The position numbers and the translations under genes were made by a program. From NCBI GenBank assembly GCA_963693365.1, contig CAVNZM010000009.1, forward strand, positions 4,351,146 to 4,415,145: 64,000 nucleotides of DNA. Reading direction: 5' to 3'. Below the pieces are notes generated by a model. That model made no database searches, had not been told where the DNA came from, and saw nothing but the letters and a program-made list of their open reading frames with translations. The stretch comes from Amoebidium appalachense (taxonomy: Eukaryota; Protista; Ichthyosporea). This document shows, in pieces, positions 1 through 41,359 of the stretch; within the stretch, counting starts at the first letter, position 1, and every line of letters begins with the position of its first letter.

Positions 1-28495
<28,495 letters not shown>

Positions 28496-29420
28496 CTTGT
28501 TTTTATTTTTATTATTTTGAGGTTTCTCGGAAAGGTGTTGTGGGTGTGTGGTGGGGGAAGGGGGGGGGGGGGGGGGGGGGGGGGGGGATCTCGGAAAGTT
28601 GTGCCCCCCTCCCCCCCCCCCCCCCCCCCCCCCCCTTCCCCGGGGGCCCGTGCAGCTTAGCCCTCGGCCCGAGTTTTCCTCTTCAGTCAGAGCTTTGTGG
28701 ATATGTGCGCTGTTAAGCATCATCGCACACACTGAGAAGCGGATGCATACACCTGCACGCACATACAGCACACACATGCTGACACACACAAATGCAAGCA
28801 CGCACATATATGAGCATGAGCACACACACACACACACATGCAGACACGCATTGACTATTATCTTTGGCTGTTTCTATGTCGGCCACCTCTCTTTTCTGTA
28901 TGCCGCTTTTTCCGAATGACGGAGGCTACACTCCTCACGAGTTGTACGCCTTGTAAGTAATGAACATATTTCTCTTTGCGCGTTCTTTTTTTGAAAAAGA
29001 AATGGTTTGCTTTGGCTTTTTCTTTCTACTCTTGAAAGCTTTTTTTCGTTTTCTTGATGAGCACATGTTAAATGTGTGCCTCCATCGACACCCCACAATC
29101 TGAAGGCATGGAGCGAATAAACCGTGTGTGGTCTCCTCCTTTCCCTTTACGGCTATTGTAATCTTACAAGATTAAGAGACGCAAGTGTAGAGTCAGAAAA
29201 TTCAGCGCCATGTGATATTAGCTGTGCACGTAAGACGAAAATGTAGCTGATTGTGTAAAAAAGTTCAAACTTGATTTTCTGAAAGTGATTCTGATAAGAA
29301 CTTTTTCTCAAGGTGTCTGCTCAACTCGGGCAGTCGCAGTTTCAATCTTTTAATAAACCGCCACAGCCAGCGAAACCCTGTGCGCCGGCCGAGTGTGTGT
29401 GTGCCGGGGAGGTGGGGGAA

Positions 29421-29459
<39 letters not shown>

Positions 29460-29825
29460 AGGGGGGGGGGGGGGGGGAGGGGTAGGATATGTCTGTGTGC
29501 GCGAGTGGGTGTGTGGGTTGGTATGTGTGTGGGCTGTGTTTGGGTGGGTGGGTGGGGTGGGGGTGGGTTAGTGCGGGTATGGGTAGGTGTGGGTGTGGTT
29601 GCACACGTCCACATACAGTGTGTTTTGTGGGTGTGCATGTGTGCACAGTGGGGAAAGGGAGTGGGTGGGTGCGTGTGTGTGCATGCATATGTACCTGGGT
29701 TGGTATGTGGGTGGCTGGATGGGCGGGGCCGTGGCCGGATGGGTGTGTGCGTGGGTGGGTGGGTGGGTGTCATCGGGCCCCAAGGGGAGCTAGGAGCTCG
29801 AAAGAGGCGCGGGCGGGCGGGCGGG

Positions 29826-29889
<64 letters not shown>

Positions 29890-30671
29890 GGCATGCAGAA
29901 AGTGGTTTCTTCAGCAGAATATAAAAACAGTGGGCGACCCATCATCAGTGCCATCTCAAAGTACACTGATTTGTCCAACGAGAGAAGAAGATAAAGTCTC
30001 TGCCGTCATCAAAGTCAGCGGCGTATTGTCAGAGTCCTGGGGATGGACGGTCGCCCATCTGTTGAAGATTAGGCTTGCTGTTTAGTGTGTTGGGCACATC
30101 TGGGCTGTGATTGTGGACTCGGGCTGCAACATGTACAATGAGGTGATATTTAATAACTTATAATCATGATTCATGATCATGATCATGATGTACAGTGAAG
30201 GGCTTCAGAATCTCAGCAACATGCTTTTTTCTTTTCTTTTCTTCTTTTCTTTTCTTTTTCTTTTTCTTTTCTTTTTCTTTTTTTTTTTTTTTTTTTCTCC
30301 TTTGAGGCCCTCCTCGAGTGGTTGTCCAATCAACGTAGCCGCTACATATCCATGCGAGAGTGCAGGGTCCGATGATAGACTGACATGTGACTGGCATGTG
30401 TGCGTTGATAAACAGAGTAATTGCATGTGGATTAACAGATCTTCAAACCTGGGGGGGGGGGGGGGGGGGGGGGGATAAAATAATCTACCCAGAGCTCAAA
30501 GGGCGGGTTTGAAATGATTGGCGTCTTTTATAAAAACTACAAACAAACCGTTGAATAATGTGGTTTTGGAGAGAATTGGAAAGTCTTAGATTGTCGGGTG
30601 GGTGTGGGGGCTGGGGCGTAGGAGGGTGGCCGGTAGGTGGGTATGTGAGGTTTTGTTTTTTTTTGTTTTTG

Positions 30672-30716
<45 letters not shown>

Positions 30717-31108
30717 GGGGGGTATCAAACTTTACTTTCCATTCACTGTCTTCGTTTGCCTTGCATCGTTTCACTACTGTGCCTACCAGTATTTGTGTGT
30801 CCCAGCCCAGGCCGAACTTCTTGTAAGACCAACGTGTGGTGTCATCTGTGAAATCTTCCCCCTGAACCCCGTCAAATATGTATGCAAAACAAACAGACAC
30901 GAGTTCCAGAATAAAGTGGCTCTATTGGGTCTAATGTTTCGGCCATGTTGGGCGCTCATCTTTCACATGAAACCCATGGCTTGTTGTGTTCGCGGACCAA
31001 GCAAGTTTCGTCCGTTTGATCATGAATCATGTTGTTGTCGAGCATGAATTCAAAAACTTGCAACAGCGTCGGCAACCAATAAAAGCTAGGGAAAGCCTTG
31101 TTAGTTAC

Positions 31109-31201
31109 CAGGGTTCGAAGTTACGAAAAAAAAATCGGAATTTCCGATATTTGAATACACAGTTCCGAAAATCGTCCCGGCCGAATCGGAACGCCCGAGA
31201 G

Positions 31202-31249
<48 letters not shown>

Positions 31250-32181
31250 GGGAAGCTTCTCATGACTTCGCAGGTCTCATCATACACGGGGCATATACCA
31301 CCCACACAAGCTGCACACGTACGTACGTGTCTCCCTGTCCCTGTAGAATGTTCAATGGCAGACCCTGACTGCAGCGCCAGCCTAGCACATGTATGTACAT
31401 GTTGTCACACCAAACTGATTTATGCACGCACCCACGCGCGCGCGCACACACACACACCCATACACACACGCACACATTCACACACACACAGCCGTGACAC
31501 CACATATGCATCATAGCCATGCATGGCCACATGAACATACAATGCATATGCCTGCGCATGTATATATATAGGCCGGCCTCCACTTCAAAACTTCCCCCCC
31601 CCAGAAATCGAACCCCATTCCCCCCTCATCCGCTGCCCACCGCTCCCTCCAACAGTGCTGCCCCTCCTTCTCCCCACCGCCGCTCCGGCCTCACCCCCCC
31701 CCCCCCCCCTCACCCCCCCCCCCCCCTCTCAGGCGGATCCCCCCCCCCCCCCCCTACTAGTACTCCCCCCCCCCCCCCTTCCCCCCCAGGAAGGCCCTAA
31801 ACATGGAATGGATCTAGATGCTCAGAGTCGACGGCCACCAGGTGCAGGTGCCACGTGTATCACGACCCCAGTGGCACGCGTCTTAAATGGCAGGCAATAC
31901 ACACACTGTGCACCACTGTGTTCCGTTCAAAAACACACATGCACATACATACACAGCCGTGACACCACACATGTGACCTAGGCTAGTACACGTGCACAGG
32001 CACATACTATCTCAGATCATGATAACTGTATTACAAACGTGCACATGCATCCACCCTGTACAATCACATGCTATGCACCCACCCACCCACACACACACAA
32101 ACAAACACACACACACACACACACACACTTACACTGCACACACACACCATGTACACGGCGCACGCACACACACCCCGTGGC

Positions 32182-32216
<35 letters not shown>

Positions 32217-34270
32217 CACAAGAAACCGTTGGTACAAACACCTACACCCACACTGGCATGTACACACACATACACAAACACGCACACCCTGCATACATAC
32301 ACACCACACTGCACACACACACACATACATACACCGTACACTACATATTACATACACACACACCATAACCGTTGACACAAAACACACACACACATGCACA
32401 CAATTTCATGCACACACACACACACAAACACACACACATACACACACACACACACGTGCACATGTACGCACATATGCACACAACATAGACACACACACAC
32501 CGATTACCGCTGACACAAAGTGGCACACACCCACACCTGTACACATACACACAGACACACGCACCGTGCATACATACCCACCACACACACACACACACAA
32601 TTGCAAAGAAAAATACTCACACACACACAAACACAAACACAACCACCCAGCGTAATTTTCTTTCCCCCTCCCCTCCCCCCCCCCTCTCCCCCCCCCCCCC
32701 AAACATTCGATTTCTGCCTGAGCTTCCCATGTTGCTGCCTCAACTCACCCCCCCCCCCCCCCCCCCCCTCCCTAGGCCTCCCCTCCCCTCCCCCAGAATT
32801 TTTAAATAATACCAAGGGACACTACTTGACGGTTACTAGGTGCTGGTGTTTTGTCAGAGATCCAACTTATTTGAAAGGGTTGGCAACATACTGTAACATT
32901 GTGCACCCTGTTCCAGTCAAAAGCCAGGAAATCTGCCAGAGCCTTCTTTTGGGCTGCTGCCTCGGCCACCTGGGCCTTTTCCAGCTGCTCCTTGGCCCCT
33001 TCTACAGTCAACCCTTTCAGTTTGCCCTCTCTAACAGTCTTAGCCATTTCTTTCTGAAACTTAAGCATGCAGCTTTCACGTGCTTCACATCTGCCTCTAT
33101 ATCCGGCCCATTCATGGCTATCATGAGCTGATTGTGCACTGTCTGTGTTGTCATACGTGCTTCAAGTGAGAGAAGTCTTAATGATATTCACACCAGAGAA
33201 GCCACGTTCACTTGTTGCATTACTAATTGGGATTATTTTCACAATGTTAACCAACTCAAGTACAGCAGCACAATATGATTGCAAAGTTTCTATCTTACCG
33301 AGATCGGCCCATGCCTCGTTCAGAGACCTATATCCAACAGGTACATTTTCTACTTTAACCTCAAGGAGATGCCGGTGCTCAAAGATAATTTGTTTGGCAC
33401 GTGGCCACTGATCTATCACATCTTCGGCGGCAATTGGGGGTATATAATTCGTTCCGCCCACTGTTTTAACAGACCCATAGAACCCAGCGAGCACTCTAAT
33501 CTTGTCGTTTCTGTATGCTTCGAGGCTGCTTTTGGTAATGGGGAACTTCGATGGAACAAACACGTCCATAGCCTCAGTGCACTCGTCCGAGGGGAATCGG
33601 TTTTGCAAGCACTCATTGATAACTTGCACGTATTTGTACATGTGATCCGAGACAATCGAGTAAACATCCTGCATCGTTTGCATGGGAGGTATGTGCATCG
33701 GGTGTTCTTTGTACACTACTTTGTTTTGGCAAATGGTAGCCTTGCAAAACGTCATAAGGTTGGCACCCCCCTCCGTTCCGTACGTGGTATTGCGACCAAA
33801 ATACTGTTCTTCGAGCGTCAAATAAAAGGAAATGCGTGCACTGGGAAAAAATAAGGCCACGGACACAGTGACACACACAGGAACTAGATACATATGCACA
33901 CATAGTATATATCCTCATATACACTGGCACTGCCGCACATATGTGTAAGAGGACGTGACCGTACGTATATACGTAGACAAAATGTATATATATATTGTGC
34001 ATTAATGCACTTCATATTTCCCTTTTATTCCTTCAAAGCTTCAACTGCCAACCAGGAAGGCCTCTAATAACCACAGGGGTTTTTGAGTATATGCATTATA
34101 ATTACATTTTGATGCAATATAGGCACAAATAAGCATGCCCTAGTTTACTGATGCGCGACGATTACGATTTTTGGTGGGCCTGCTCCGACGGAGCATTCCG
34201 ATTTTCGAAGAGGTTTTCCGAAACGGGATTTCGACTTCCGTTAATGGGCTCCACCGTCCTTCGAACCCTG
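31109..34270 (-). mobile_element. hAT DNA transposon, internally deleted (non-autonomous)
   Basis: 12-bp TIRs CAGGGTTCGAAG (31109) and CTTCGAACCCTG (ends 34270). Perfect 8-bp TSD TTAGTTAC at 31101-31108 and 34271-34278. Contains a transposase fragment. Confidence 0.93.
33030..33830 (-). pseudogene. C-terminal fragment of hAT transposase (ZNF862-like dimerisation region)
   Basis: CLQNRFPS...IIPISNATSERGFSGVNIIKT is the hAT C-terminal motif. Stop/frameshift near 33162, with ARMTTQTVHNQLMIAMNGP continuing in another frame. The N-terminal part of the catalytic domain is absent. Confidence 0.85.
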
Positions 34271-34615
34271 TTAGTTACCGTACCAAAGACAAAAAAGGTG
34301 TAAACTTATGTTTTCTTACTGGCTGTACAAAAAAAAGCGGGCTCCTGGGCCCCAATAGCTCGCGGTATCCTTCCGAAACAAGCATTCCTAAAGTACTGCG
34401 ATCGGAGTACTTATGGCCGCTAAGTACTCCGATCGATCAGAGTACATTTCGGATGCATCAACATACCCACATTAATCCAGGTGTAGCACTGCTATAGCTA
34501 TCGGTCAACCCTCAGGGCCCCTCATATCGACGTGTTAAATATTGAAATTACTCTTACAATCCCCCCCCCCCCCCCCCCCCTCTCTCTCCTCCCCCCCCCT
34601 CCCCCCCCCCCCCCC

Positions 34616-34673
<58 letters not shown>

Positions 34674-34724
34674 ATGCGCTGTTGCACTATATCAAGCAAA
34701 AACTCTCTCTCTCCCCCCCCCCCC

Positions 34725-34762
<38 letters not shown>

Positions 34763-34956
34763 AACATATCAGTGGGCTAGCAGTCCCATGGCCCCACAAA
34801 TCATGGTGTGATAAAAAAGGAACCCGGGGATTCCTTAAAACGGTTGGCTATTGCATCTCCCTCCACCTCTCTGCCTCTCCGAGCCAACATCGTCCCTCCC
34901 TCATCTCCTTTCTCTCTCCCTGTCTTCCCCCTCTATCACTTTCTCAGTACATCGAG

Positions 34957-35140
<184 letters not shown>

Positions 35141-35199
35141 TATTTATCATTCTTTTTATTTTTATTTGTGCATAAGATATTTATATATATATATTCATA

Positions 35200-35244
<45 letters not shown>

Positions 35245-35425
35245 TGGGGGGGGGGGGGGGGGGGGGAGGGGTCAACGTTTTATAAACGGGCCTTTTTGAA
35301 CACCTTGTGTGTGCTTGTTTGTTTAGGCAGAGGGTGAAGTGATGATTGTGGTGGACCAAATGGTCACATTGGTGTTGGTTGTTGTTGTTTTGGGGGGGGG
35401 GGGGGGGGGGGGGGGGGTATGGGCA

Positions 35426-35546
<121 letters not shown>

Positions 35547-35567
35547 AAAAAAGGAAAAGAAAGACAT

Positions 35568-35653
35568 CACACATCGATTCAGTCGCACACATCGATTCAG
35601 TCGCACACATCGATTCAGTCGCACACATCGATTCAGTCGCACACATCGATTCA
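35568..35653 (+). repeat. LINE 5' tandem monomers GTCGCACACATCGATTCA x4 plus a 14-nt partial
   Basis: Exact 18-bp units start at 35582, 35600, 35618 and 35636. Confidence 0.95.
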
Positions 35654-35758
35654 AATGTCGCTCTTTATTATCTGCTAATAAATAGTATCCTTCGCGCATC
35701 CACCCCTAAACCAGGCCATCCGTGGCCCTAAGGGCCGGGGAACACCCCCATCCATGTC

Positions 35759-36943
35759 ATGGCACATGCCTATAATCGTTTCAGAACCTCTTTCAAAGTT
35801 CCATCTACACCCATCACACATGTGCGACCATTAAAACGTCCAGCAGATACACCTACCACAGATGCACAACCAGAAAAACATCGCCTTAGACTAAGCGCAA
35901 CACCTATTTACAATACACTACCCATTCAGAATAACACCACACCACTCCGTAGAAACACAATAACAACCATGCCGAAACTTTCGGTTGATACAGTACTGGC
36001 AGAACTTGCCCTCGTTAAGAAACAGCTAAATGAGCTGTTACCACTCAAGAACATGATAGAAAAACTCCAAACAGAAAATACCCAACTCAAGCTCACCATT
36101 GATTCACTCACAGCCCAGCTAAACATTAGTGGATCGCAAAACCCCAAAACTCATGAGCAAACATCTCGCGACGGAGACATTTCCACCCCAACACAAAACA
36201 ACACAGGACCGGAAGCACAGCTCCCGGCAGAGTTCCTAGAATATGCGAACTCTCGTAAAACACCCGAGCTCCGCCAAATTGCCAAGGAAACATATGCCAG
36301 CATTCTTGCAGGCAACGAGTACCGCCGCAACTCCCCTCCCAAACCGCCGGCTAAGGGGAACACCCAAGCAAACGGTAACATCAACATCCCACCCAAATAC
36401 GAGAGGGTGTATTTCAAAGTCAAGCACGGCAGACGCCCACACAGGGCCATGTGGTCCATCTTCAAGGCTCTCGGCTTCCGGTGCTCTCGCATCCTTTGTC
36501 TGTCCTTCATTGGATACGATGTGCTGGAAGTAGCAGTACGGGGCGACTATAACCGTGCGTTCATCCGTGACGCGACAAAGGGGTGTGGAAGCTTCTTCAC
36601 CCACCTCCCAAGCTACGACCCATGCGCGCCGGAAAACATTCAGAAAGCAGACAAAGAACGTAAAGTGTCTGCTAAGAATGCGTGCGCCACACGTTGTCGT
36701 GTACGCATCAGCAAGGCAAAAGAGTTCCTCGCAAAGTTGGAAAACGATGCTACGAGCGTGATAGACACGGACACGAAGGAACCAATGTTTTCTGGTGAGA
36801 AACTGCTCGAGCGCAAACGCCGATGCGAGATGGAAATCGAGCTCTTCTGCGAACTGTTCGCGCTGGCGGAAGGTCGTGCATACGACCCCGTAAGCGACAA
36901 GTGGGAACCAACCCCACAGGTGTCGGACCAAACCGATGCCTAA
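35759..36943 (+). CDS. LINE ORF1 protein (394 aa, coiled-coil segment)
   Basis: Uninterrupted, non-repetitive ORF. Heptad-like LAELALVKKQLNELL...LQTENTQLKLTIDSLTAQL. Directly upstream of, and overlapping, the RT ORF. Confidence 0.9.
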   Translation: MAHAYNRFRTSFKVPSTPITHVRPLKRPADTPTTDAQPEKHRLRLSATPIYNTLPIQNNTTPLRRNTITTMPKLSVDTVLAELALVKKQLNELLPLKNMIEKLQTENTQLKLTIDSLTAQLNISGSQNPKTHEQTSRDGDISTPTQNNTGPEAQLPAEFLEYANSRKTPELRQIAKETYASILAGNEYRRNSPPKPPAKGNTQANGNINIPPKYERVYFKVKHGRRPHRAMWSIFKALGFRCSRILCLSFIGYDVLEVAVRGDYNRAFIRDATKGCGSFFTHLPSYDPCAPENIQKADKERKVSAKNACATRCRVRISKAKEFLAKLENDATSVIDTDTKEPMFSGEKLLERKRRCEMEIELFCELFALAEGRAYDPVSDKWEPTPQVSDQTDA

Positions 36944-39900
36944 TTTATCCTTCTTCTTCTGGAATGCTCGGACACTGGGCCCCCAAAAGGGCCTCCCCCC
37001 CGGGACACTCGACGATAAAATCAGCTACATACAACAACAGACAAACAACCACACGTTTACAGTGATTTGCGAAACACAGTTTAAAAACCACCACAAATTC
37101 AACTCTACATTGGTCGACACATCCACACACCCCGGTTACGCGAAAAACCGAGGCATTATTGTACTTGCCGCACCACACGTGAGAGTGAAGTGCAAACCGG
37201 TAGCAAAAACGGAATTCTCGGTTTCTATAGAGTTTCTTTCTAATGTTTTTACTTTTGCATATTACCCACCATCTATGTCGGTTGTCGAATTGACTCACGA
37301 GTTGTCACAGTTACCAATGTCCACTGTTATTTTAGGTGATTTTAACACGCGACTCCACCACACAGACACACTGCAAGTGAGTGTCGGGTACCCATCTAAG
37401 CCCCCGGAGCGTGCTATCCCTTTAGCAAGGTATGTCCAAAGTCACACTTTGCGGTTCCCTCAAATATCCCATGCCCACAACACCGACTGGGGAGTGGCCT
37501 TTTGGCCATCAACCATGTCAAAACTCTCTCTCCCTCCTAACCTCTCTAGGTCATCTGACCACTCTCCTATCCTTTTCCTACCTAAGATCTCCCTTGATCT
37601 GCTCCCCCCTCCCCCTCCCACCTTTCGCCTCCGTCTATCCCAGCTTAAGTCACAGTGGGGTAGAGTTGATGTATGTGTATGCTATGCTACGAAACACCCT
37701 ATATATATGCGCCTATTAGAATCTGCACAAGCCAGGCCAGATTCACATCTCGTACTAGATACATGCACTAACTTTATTGTTGATGATTTGATAGATCTCG
37801 GTGATTATGCTGGCGGTGGTAGGAAGGAATATCCCGATGCTCTCTTGTTACCAAACACCACTCCCGCTAGACTAGGTGAACCCCTGTCTCAAAAGGAAAG
37901 CTTGCGCCGGCTTGCTAGTATGAATCGATTTGGCCCCCCTGCTCGTATTATTGGTGATACCACTGGAGACCCCCTCATAGACTCTGATAAGTATTTCTCG
38001 GAACTGTTTAAAGATAGGACCCCCGCTCAGAAACCTATTGTGTGGCCTGTAGACCCATCTATCCCCATAGAATCGATCCTCCCCTTTTTCAGTCCCGATG
38101 CCATATGGTCTGTGATATCTAGTTATAGCTCTAGTAAGTCTTGTGGACCTGATGGACTCCCTGCTGGGTTTCTTAAAATCCTTGTTCCCTCCTACCCACA
38201 AAAGGAAAGTGATCGTGCTATTAAACCTGATCTTACTATCATGTTAAGCTCTCTCTTTTCTTGGTGTGTTAAATGTGGACATGTCCCGTCATCTTGGTTA
38301 GATACCTTAGTGATCCCCATAGTTAAGAAGGACTCTGAGGGCCCCATATCATCCTTTCGCCCCATTACACTAACCCAGGTTGTTCGTAGATTCTTTGAAG
38401 CTTGCTTACTTAGGTTATTTGCACATCACCCTAGGTTTCAATCTATTCTTCACATACACCCATGCCAATCCGCGTTTCGTAAAAACAATTCATGTTATGT
38501 TCAAATAATGGCACTGCACGATTCTATGCAAGTTGGTGCACAATATGTTGGCTTTATTGATTGGAAAACTGCTTACGATTCTGTCTCCCCTGGTCTCCTA
38601 TGGGAAAAGCTTGCTGCACGGGGTGTACCACACTGCATTGGTGTTCTGTTAGAAGCACTCTTGTCTCAAACCTATGGTAGAGCTGTGGTTAATGGGCATC
38701 TTTCATATGGTTTTGCTCGTACTAGAGGTCTCTTGCAGGGTTCATTGCTTAGCCCCTTTTTGTTTAACCTATTTATAGATGATTTGGCTGTCAAGATTTA
38801 CGCCGAAAACGATGACCCTATTAATAACTTTCCGCCTGCACTTCTCTATGCTGATGATCTGTCCCTCCTTGCCCGTACCCCTAGACGCCTGCAAAGATTG
38901 TTCGATGTAGTGTCAGAGTGGTGCAAGGCAAACCTTATGATCCTTAACATAGACAAATGTGGTGTTCTTGTACCTGATATAGCTAACAATTTACACACAT
39001 TTACATTATCATCTAAACCTGTACCTATAGTTCCAGAATACAAATATCTTGGTGTTCCGGTTGATTCTGTTGGTGTTATGTTTCCCCATATGGTCGAAAA
39101 GAGGGTAGAGTTGGCTCGTAAGCGGTTAGCTTTCTTCTCGGCTAATATTTTTAAAGACACACCCCTCCATCCTTCTATTAGACTTACATTTATTCGCACT
39201 TTTGTCTTCCCGGCATGTGAATATGGTTTACCCCTTCTCGCCGCTTGGATCAAGAAAGAGAGAACTAGAGCGCTTAAACCCTTGGCAAATTTCCTTGAAG
39301 CAGAAGTTGCCTCCTTTCTATCTAACAACTGTTGTAAACCTGGGCCTGTAACGCTCTCGATATATGGTCTGGTCCCAATAGCTGCTAGAGTATCCTATCT
39401 CGCGCTGAAATTCAATAAGCACATAAGCCGCTTAAAGAAGTATTTGCCCTCCCACCCTCTCTTCTCTATCCGACCTGTCCCCTCCTCACCTCTCCCCTCT
39501 TTCCTCCCCTCTCTCTCCCCTTCTCCCCTGGGCACAAATACAAATAAACCCCGCAATAGTGTGTGTGTGACTTTGGACTGCCACTTACTTATTAAACATG
39601 TACACAATCACAAGATAATCACGCAATATAACAAATGGAAAAAGATACCACACGACACTAGACCCGATGAAAGCATACACCTTGAAAAACTAAGCCTTAT
39701 GTCTCGTTTTATATATACTGACCGCCTCAACCATATTGCCAAATATGGCACTCGCAAGTGTATAACACCTAAATACATATTACCTTCCTGTAGAACTGGT
39801 CTTTCTCTAGCTGATGGTATTATTGATCAATTACCACGCTTTTACTGTACACGTGCTATACAGTGGAGATCTAATAAGTATAAGGTGGCATCATTTGCAT

Positions 39901-40130
39901 GCCCAAACAACACACACACACACCAGTTTAACCGGTCATGTATCGCCAAATGTAGTTTGATAGACCACATAATACCGCAACACACACACGTCACATTCAC
40001 AACAGACACCCAGAAAGATAGCCTACCTGTAAATTACAACATCCTTGATTTTATACTAAACACGCGTAACTACGACCTGTTTATTAGATGTATTGATTGG
40101 CTTGAGAAACACATCACTACAAAATTATAG
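36936..40130 (+). CDS. LINE ORF2: apurinic-like endonuclease + reverse transcriptase (1064 aa)
   Basis: APE motifs: WNARTL, ICET, YYPP, LGDFN, SDHSP. RT motifs: GPDGLP, FRPITL, QSAFR, FIDWKTAYDSV, GLLQGSLLSPFLFN, YADD, YKYLG. Cys/His-containing C-terminus. Confidence 0.96.
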   Translation: MPNLSFFFWNARTLGPQKGLPPGTLDDKISYIQQQTNNHTFTVICETQFKNHHKFNSTLVDTSTHPGYAKNRGIIVLAAPHVRVKCKPVAKTEFSVSIEFLSNVFTFAYYPPSMSVVELTHELSQLPMSTVILGDFNTRLHHTDTLQVSVGYPSKPPERAIPLARYVQSHTLRFPQISHAHNTDWGVAFWPSTMSKLSLPPNLSRSSDHSPILFLPKISLDLLPPPPPTFRLRLSQLKSQWGRVDVCVCYATKHPIYMRLLESAQARPDSHLVLDTCTNFIVDDLIDLGDYAGGGRKEYPDALLLPNTTPARLGEPLSQKESLRRLASMNRFGPPARIIGDTTGDPLIDSDKYFSELFKDRTPAQKPIVWPVDPSIPIESILPFFSPDAIWSVISSYSSSKSCGPDGLPAGFLKILVPSYPQKESDRAIKPDLTIMLSSLFSWCVKCGHVPSSWLDTLVIPIVKKDSEGPISSFRPITLTQVVRRFFEACLLRLFAHHPRFQSILHIHPCQSAFRKNNSCYVQIMALHDSMQVGAQYVGFIDWKTAYDSVSPGLLWEKLAARGVPHCIGVLLEALLSQTYGRAVVNGHLSYGFARTRGLLQGSLLSPFLFNLFIDDLAVKIYAENDDPINNFPPALLYADDLSLLARTPRRLQRLFDVVSEWCKANLMILNIDKCGVLVPDIANNLHTFTLSSKPVPIVPEYKYLGVPVDSVGVMFPHMVEKRVELARKRLAFFSANIFKDTPLHPSIRLTFIRTFVFPACEYGLPLLAAWIKKERTRALKPLANFLEAEVASFLSNNCCKPGPVTLSIYGLVPIAARVSYLALKFNKHISRLKKYLPSHPLFSIRPVPSSPLPSFLPSLSPSPLGTNTNKPRNSVCVTLDCHLLIKHVHNHKIITQYNKWKKIPHDTRPDESIHLEKLSLMSRFIYTDRLNHIAKYGTRKCITPKYILPSCRTGLSLADGIIDQLPRFYCTRAIQWRSNKYKVASFACPNNTHTHQFNRSCIAKCSLIDHIIPQHTHVTFTTDTQKDSLPVNYNILDFILNTRNYDLFIRCIDWLEKHITTKL

Positions 40131-40150
40131 CGCACGCGCACACACACACA

Positions 40151-40209
<59 letters not shown>

Positions 40210-40241
40210 CCAGCTGATACCGAGTGTCCCGAGGGGAGCCC

Positions 40242-40283
<42 letters not shown>

Positions 40284-40533
40284 GGGGAACCCCAACTAAT
40301 TGATTTCTCCTTGTAGTCTTTATGGTGTCTCGTAGAGAAAGTAAACCCTGATATATAGTCACCACCCGACATCTATGTACGTGATCATGATATACCGCTG
40401 AGGGGATATTCCGAGCAAACCCCCCCCCCCCCATACCTGAGACTGGTTCTCTTTGCCTCGAGTAAACAGCGTAAACCCCCAGAAAGACATGCTAATACAC
40501 ACACGCACTGAGGCTCACGCACGCGAAAGGGCG

Positions 40534-40614
<81 letters not shown>

Positions 40615-40670
40615 GGAAAAGGAAAAGAAAAACATGCTAATACACACGCGCTGAGGCTCACGCACGCGCA

Positions 40671-40752
<82 letters not shown>

Positions 40753-40759
40753 GCACACA

Positions 40760-40797
<38 letters not shown>

Positions 40798-40980
40798 AAC
40801 ACACACGCACACACACACACACCTTGAAGTTCTGGTAAGTTCTTTCTTTCTTTCTGTTACACTTTTTTTCTTTCTTTCACTTTCTTTCTTGTTTGCATTC
40901 TTTCTTTCTTTCTTTCTTTCTCTCGCCCTCCCGCCCTCCCTCCCTCCCTCCCTCCCTCCCTCCCTCCCTCCATCCCTCCC

Positions 40981-41016
<36 letters not shown>

Positions 41017-41359
41017 TTATATATATATATATATATATATACACCATACATTTTCCGGTTATATATGGGGGAGGCCATTTAATGCTACCTATTAAACTGT
41101 AGATTAAGTTGATTAGTTTTTTGATTGGATCGCATTAATTTTGTCATAGTTCGAATTGATTAGTTCAGCGGTGATACCCTGGGTGCCACGGACCTTCAGA
41201 TTGCTAATATATGTACAAATTAAATTGTTTTACGTCCAGCAACCTGAAACGTTCTTCAGCAAGCACGAGCGTCAATGTATGTTACGTAACTCAGCACACA
41301 TATGTAACACAACTGTGTATACGTACGTGCAGAAGGTGTATTTCGTTCGCTTTTCGCAA

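Larger units (their letters stand above)
35568..40282 (+). mobile_element. Full-length non-LTR retrotransposon (APE-type LINE)
   Basis: 5' 18-bp tandem monomers, ORF1, overlapping ORF2 (APE + RT), a short 3' UTR with (CA)n, and a poly-A tail at 40246-40282. No convincing TSD seen. Confidence 0.95.

Noticed and set aside
35568-35653. CRISPR-like array
   Set aside because: Contiguous 18-bp repeats without spacers, no cas genes, eukaryotic context; part of the LINE 5' end.
36151-36931. Antisense ORFs within LINE ORF1/ORF2 and the hAT transposase
   Set aside because: Shadow frames of real coding sequence with no independent motifs.
35548-40490. Target-site duplication for the LINE (AGAAAGACAT before 35568 and at 40481)
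   Set aside because: The second occurrence is ~200 bp beyond the poly-A tail, not adjacent to it.
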